From assembly GCA_040220235.1 (NCBI GenBank), contig JAVJTO010000063.1: 64,000 bases of DNA. The stretch is one strand, 5' to 3'. The DNA is from Coleofasciculus sp. B1-GNL1-01 (lineage in GTDB: Bacteria > Cyanobacteriota > Cyanobacteriia > Cyanobacteriales > Coleofasciculaceae). Below the pieces are notes generated by a model that saw nothing but the letters and a program-made list of their open reading frames with translations, was not told the origin of the DNA and did not search any database. Shown here piece after piece: positions 60,563 through 64,000 of the stretch; within the stretch, counting starts at the first letter, position 1, and every line of letters starts with the position of its first letter. The translations under genes and the position numbers were made by a program.

Positions 60563-60661
60563 GGGCGGGTTTAGGGACTAAATTCCGATATTCACCACTA
60601 ACGGAACAACAAAACCCGCCCTGATTCATAATACATAAGTCCTCCAATCGCTTACCCCTGA

Positions 60662-61645
60662 ATGAAGAACAAAAATTCATCTGTAATACCCCATCCCTCA
60701 TCCTTATTTTTCAGCATTGTTATTCCAACGTATAATCGTCTACCCATTCTACAAAAGTGCCTAAAAGCTTTAGAACACCAACATCTCAGGGACAATACTG
60801 TTGTCGCTGGCTATGAAGTCGTCGTTGTAGATGATGGCTCAACAGATGGTACCCTAGAGTGGCTGGACTCTCATCGTCAGGAACTGTCCAAAGTGCGATC
60901 GCTCTCTCAAGATCACCTGGGTCCAGCCGCCGCCCGAAATCTAGGCGTTGAGCAGGCTAAAGGCGATACAATTATCTTTATTGATAGCGATTTAGTCGTC
61001 ACCGAGAATTTCCTCCAAGCCCATGCGGATGCATTGATACAGGGACAACAGCAATTAGGGAGCGATCGCGTCTTTACTTACGGCTGGGTAATTAATACCA
61101 ACAATTTCGATAATCCCAGTTCGGAACCCTACAAGATAACGGATTTTTCCGCCGCCTATTTTGCTACTGGAAATGTGGCGATCGCGCGGAAGTGGTTGGA
61201 GGAAGCAGGACTCTTTGACACTCGTTTTCAACTCTATGGTTGGGAAGACTTAGAACTGGGTGTTCGCCTCAAACAATTAGGCTTAAAACTGATTAAATGT
61301 CCGGCGGCTGTTGGCTATCATTGGCATCCTCCGTTTAATTTAGACCAAATTCCCCGCATGATTGACCGAGAAATTCAACGGGGACGCATGGGGGTCTTAT
61401 TTTATCAAAAACATCCGACTTGGGATGTGCGAATGATGATTCAGATGACATGGCTGCACCGGATATTGTGGGGGGTTCTTTCTATCGGTGGGAGACTCAA
61501 TGAACGAACTATGGCATCCTTTTTGCAATGGTTGATTAATCGTGGGAAGCCGCAGTTAGCCTTGGAAGTTGCCCGAATTTTCCTGAATTGGTATAACGTG
61601 CAGGGAGTTTATGCGGCTTATGCGGATATGGAACAAAAGCGGTAA
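60662..61645 (+). CDS. Glycosyltransferase family 2
   Basis: IVIPTYNR, VDDGSTD, FIDSD, GWEDLELG. Confidence 0.93.
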   Translation: MKNKNSSVIPHPSSLFFSIVIPTYNRLPILQKCLKALEHQHLRDNTVVAGYEVVVVDDGSTDGTLEWLDSHRQELSKVRSLSQDHLGPAAARNLGVEQAKGDTIIFIDSDLVVTENFLQAHADALIQGQQQLGSDRVFTYGWVINTNNFDNPSSEPYKITDFSAAYFATGNVAIARKWLEEAGLFDTRFQLYGWEDLELGVRLKQLGLKLIKCPAAVGYHWHPPFNLDQIPRMIDREIQRGRMGVLFYQKHPTWDVRMMIQMTWLHRILWGVLSIGGRLNERTMASFLQWLINRGKPQLALEVARIFLNWYNVQGVYAAYADMEQKR

Positions 61646-61671
61646 AACAAAAGAAAGAGTGTATTTAACTT

Positions 61672-63036
61672 ATGAGTCAATCTACATCACCTGAAAGCAA
61701 CGACAAGGAAGTTCAGGGAATTACTAGGATTTCTGTACAGGGGTTTAAGTCTCTTTATGACGAGTGCAGTATTGAAATCCGTCCCTTAACCATTTTGGCA
61801 GGTGCGAATAGTTCCGGTAAATCCAGCATCATGCAGCCATTATTGCTGATGAAGCAAACTCTGGAAGCACCCTATGACCCTGGTGCATTGTTACTGAATG
61901 GTCCGAATGTGCGATTTACTGCTAATGAACAAATATTTTCTCAATTCAAATCAAAGAAAAATATTTGCGTATTTTCGACAAATATAGAAATAGATCAATC
62001 AAAAAGTTTACTTCAAAAATTTAAAGCCGCAAATCGGGGTAAATTAACAAATTTTGAAATTAAACATAAAGAAGGAGAAAAAGAAAACAGATTTTGGAAA
62101 GGAATGGCTCGTCAAGAAATATTGTATTTTTTGACAGAGTATTATCAAAATAAAAATGAGTCTATTGGATGGATTATACAAAACACAGGAGAAATGGTTG
62201 ACCACTTAGAATATAGCATTAATCTTGAACGTTGTTTCCTTGATTTAACCTGTAAATCTAAAATTTTTGTGAGTATAAATACCGACAAAAGTACATTGCT
62301 GGATGCCAATTTATATGATAGCCATTCTCATACAAATTTATTTAAAACCAATATTCGCAAAATGATTCATCTGCCAGGGCTAAGAGGTAATCCCGAACGG
62401 ACTTATCCTACCACAGCTATTGGCAGCGAATTTTCCGGTACTTTTGAGAATTACGTTGCCAGTATAATTAATGAATGGCAGGAATCAAATGATAAACATA
62501 TTAAGCATTTAAATAAAACCCTTGAGATAATTGGATTACCTAAAATTGAAGCTGTGCAGGTTAATGATGTACAGGTTGAATTACGGATAGGTCGTTTTAG
62601 CATTGCTGATGTTGGTATCGGTGTCTCTCAAGTTTTACCAGTTTTAGTAGCGCTTCTGGTAGCAGAACCAGGACAGTTAGTGTACATAGAACAACCCGAA
62701 CTTCACTTACATCCTCGCGCCCAAGCTGCTTTAGCGAATATACTAGCAGATGCAGCTAAACGAGGTGTGCGTGTTGTTATAGAAACTCACAGTGAATTGC
62801 TACTTTTAGCGGTTCAATCTTTAGTCGCAGAACGCCAATTATCGCCAGATTTGGTAAAATTGCACTGGTTTACACGGGGAGATGATGGGATGACGAAGGT
62901 TAGTAGTGCTGATTTAGATGAAGCGGGTGCGTTTGGAGATTTTCCTGAAGATTTTAGCGATGTATCTCTAAAACTAGAAAGCCGCTATTTAAATGCGGCT
63001 GAATCTCGTTTATCGGAAGGTTCCAGTGGTAGCTAA
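61672..63036 (+). CDS. ABC-type (AAA_21-like) ATPase
   Basis: GANSSGKS, VGIGVSQ signature, IEQPELHLHP, IETHSE. Confidence 0.9.
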   Translation: MSQSTSPESNDKEVQGITRISVQGFKSLYDECSIEIRPLTILAGANSSGKSSIMQPLLLMKQTLEAPYDPGALLLNGPNVRFTANEQIFSQFKSKKNICVFSTNIEIDQSKSLLQKFKAANRGKLTNFEIKHKEGEKENRFWKGMARQEILYFLTEYYQNKNESIGWIIQNTGEMVDHLEYSINLERCFLDLTCKSKIFVSINTDKSTLLDANLYDSHSHTNLFKTNIRKMIHLPGLRGNPERTYPTTAIGSEFSGTFENYVASIINEWQESNDKHIKHLNKTLEIIGLPKIEAVQVNDVQVELRIGRFSIADVGIGVSQVLPVLVALLVAEPGQLVYIEQPELHLHPRAQAALANILADAAKRGVRVVIETHSELLLLAVQSLVAERQLSPDLVKLHWFTRGDDGMTKVSSADLDEAGAFGDFPEDFSDVSLKLESRYLNAAESRLSEGSSGS

Positions 63037-63586
63037 AGGGGTTTCCAAGCGACTGGTAATTGATGCGTCAGTTGCCCGTTCATCTGGCGGAGAGGATGCG
63101 ACTTATCCAACTTCAGTACATTGTCGGGATTTCTTACAAGCTGTTTTGGATATCTGCCACAAAATTGTAATGACATCAGATATTAAAGAAGAGTGGGATA
63201 AGCATCAATCAATATTTGCGCTGAGATGGCGTCGTCGAATGGTGGCTAAAGGAAAGTTTGTCTTTTTAAAAGAGGTTTCAGGCGATAAGGAGTTATGGGA
63301 TAAAATTGATCTGATTGCTGCTACGGACAAACAACGTGCAGAAATGTTCAAAGATGTACGATTACTGGAAGCCGCGATCGCGACGGATAAAACTGTGATA
63401 TCGTTGGATGATAATACAGCCAGAACATTTTTTAGTCAGGCGGCTAGTGAAATTAACGCACTCAAAGACATTGTGTGGGTAAATCCCGATAAAGTAGAAG
63501 AAGAGACACCGATTGAGTGGCTAAAAAGTGGTGCAAAACCGGAGTCTAAGCGATTACTGGCAACCTGGTGCGATCGCGTACCATAG
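63026..63586 (+). CDS. Hypothetical protein, PIN-like acidic pattern, coupled to the ATPase
   Basis: RLVIDAS..EEW..KDVRLLEAA..D..VISLDD; GTG start overlaps the ATPase end. Confidence 0.65.
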   Translation: MVAKGVSKRLVIDASVARSSGGEDATYPTSVHCRDFLQAVLDICHKIVMTSDIKEEWDKHQSIFALRWRRRMVAKGKFVFLKEVSGDKELWDKIDLIAATDKQRAEMFKDVRLLEAAIATDKTVISLDDNTARTFFSQAASEINALKDIVWVNPDKVEEETPIEWLKSGAKPESKRLLATWCDRVP

Positions 63587-63851
63587 ATCTAAGATTACAC
63601 CGATTAGCTAAATAGAGTCACCATATAGCCTATAGCCGGGAAATAAATTTCCGGCTAAAGTAGAGACGCGCCATGGCGCGTCTCTACAATGGTGCCGAAA
63701 GTCCTAATCGATGTGTCTACTGCTATATAATCTATATAATCTTTTTTATAGATGACAGTCCAAGTTCTAGCTTAGTTTAATCACCGCGTTGGAAGTATCT
63801 AAACCAAGCCTTTCAGACAAAGACAGCAGAAAGCATGATCGCACTGTTCTC

Positions 63852-64000
63852 TTAAAATAAAAAGTAACGCTGTGCCATCGGTAAACTCTTAGCTGGTTCG
63901 CAAATTAACAATTCTCCATCTGCCCTAACTTCATAGGTTTCTGGGTCAACCTCCATCTCCGGTAATGCCTCATTTAATTTCATATCTCGCTTACTTACTT
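63852..64000 (-). CDS. ureC: Urease subunit alpha, C-terminal end (partial)
   Basis: Manual translation ..[46 protein letters not shown]. Confidence 0.95.
   Translation of the reverse strand, partial: VSKRDMKLNEALPEMEVDPETYEVRADGELLICEPAKSLPMAQRYFLF

Noticed and set aside
1..64000. Abundant GCGATCGC and heptamer tracts as a novel signal
   Set aside because: These are the well-known cyanobacterial HIP1 and STRR repeats.

Overview
Chromosomal window from a filamentous cyanobacterium. Evidence: very frequent HIP1 GCGATCGC, heptamer STRR tracts, GTAG-type REP palindromes, vipp1/pspA, DUF760 and pentapeptide genes. Gene content fits a sulfide-exposed mat dweller of Coleofasciculus/Microcoleus type (inference). 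Housekeeping genes (scpB, tRNA-Asp, gltX, dacB, thioredoxin, vipp1/pspA, dciA, menB, 3' end of ureC) alternate with accessory DNA. There are four IS200/IS605-family elements: (1) an IscB plus omega-RNA at the left edge that the ORF track misses; (2) a tnpB-only element whose protein ends in a QLSLF clamp-binding motif; (3) an autonomous tnpA+tnpB element inserted precisely into (4) another element's tnpB, so that its predicted guide matches the intact host transposon. Other accessory loci: an AAA-ATPase + TPR-STAND-WD40 NLR-like pair; an unannotated helical protein originally about 270 bp upstream of a 13x21-bp palindromic array; a TPR-DEAH/DUF1998 helicase + C5 methyltransferase; ParA + HEPN and ABC-ATPase + PIN-like candidate defence pairs; a sulfide cluster (SQR divergent from a Rieske paralogue, rhodaneses, methyltransferase, TrxB-like reductase); and an LCIB-like protein. 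Several deletion/fusion scars and many REP/MITE repeats are also present, some of them in frame inside genes. All calls come from motif recognition by eye; no searches were run.
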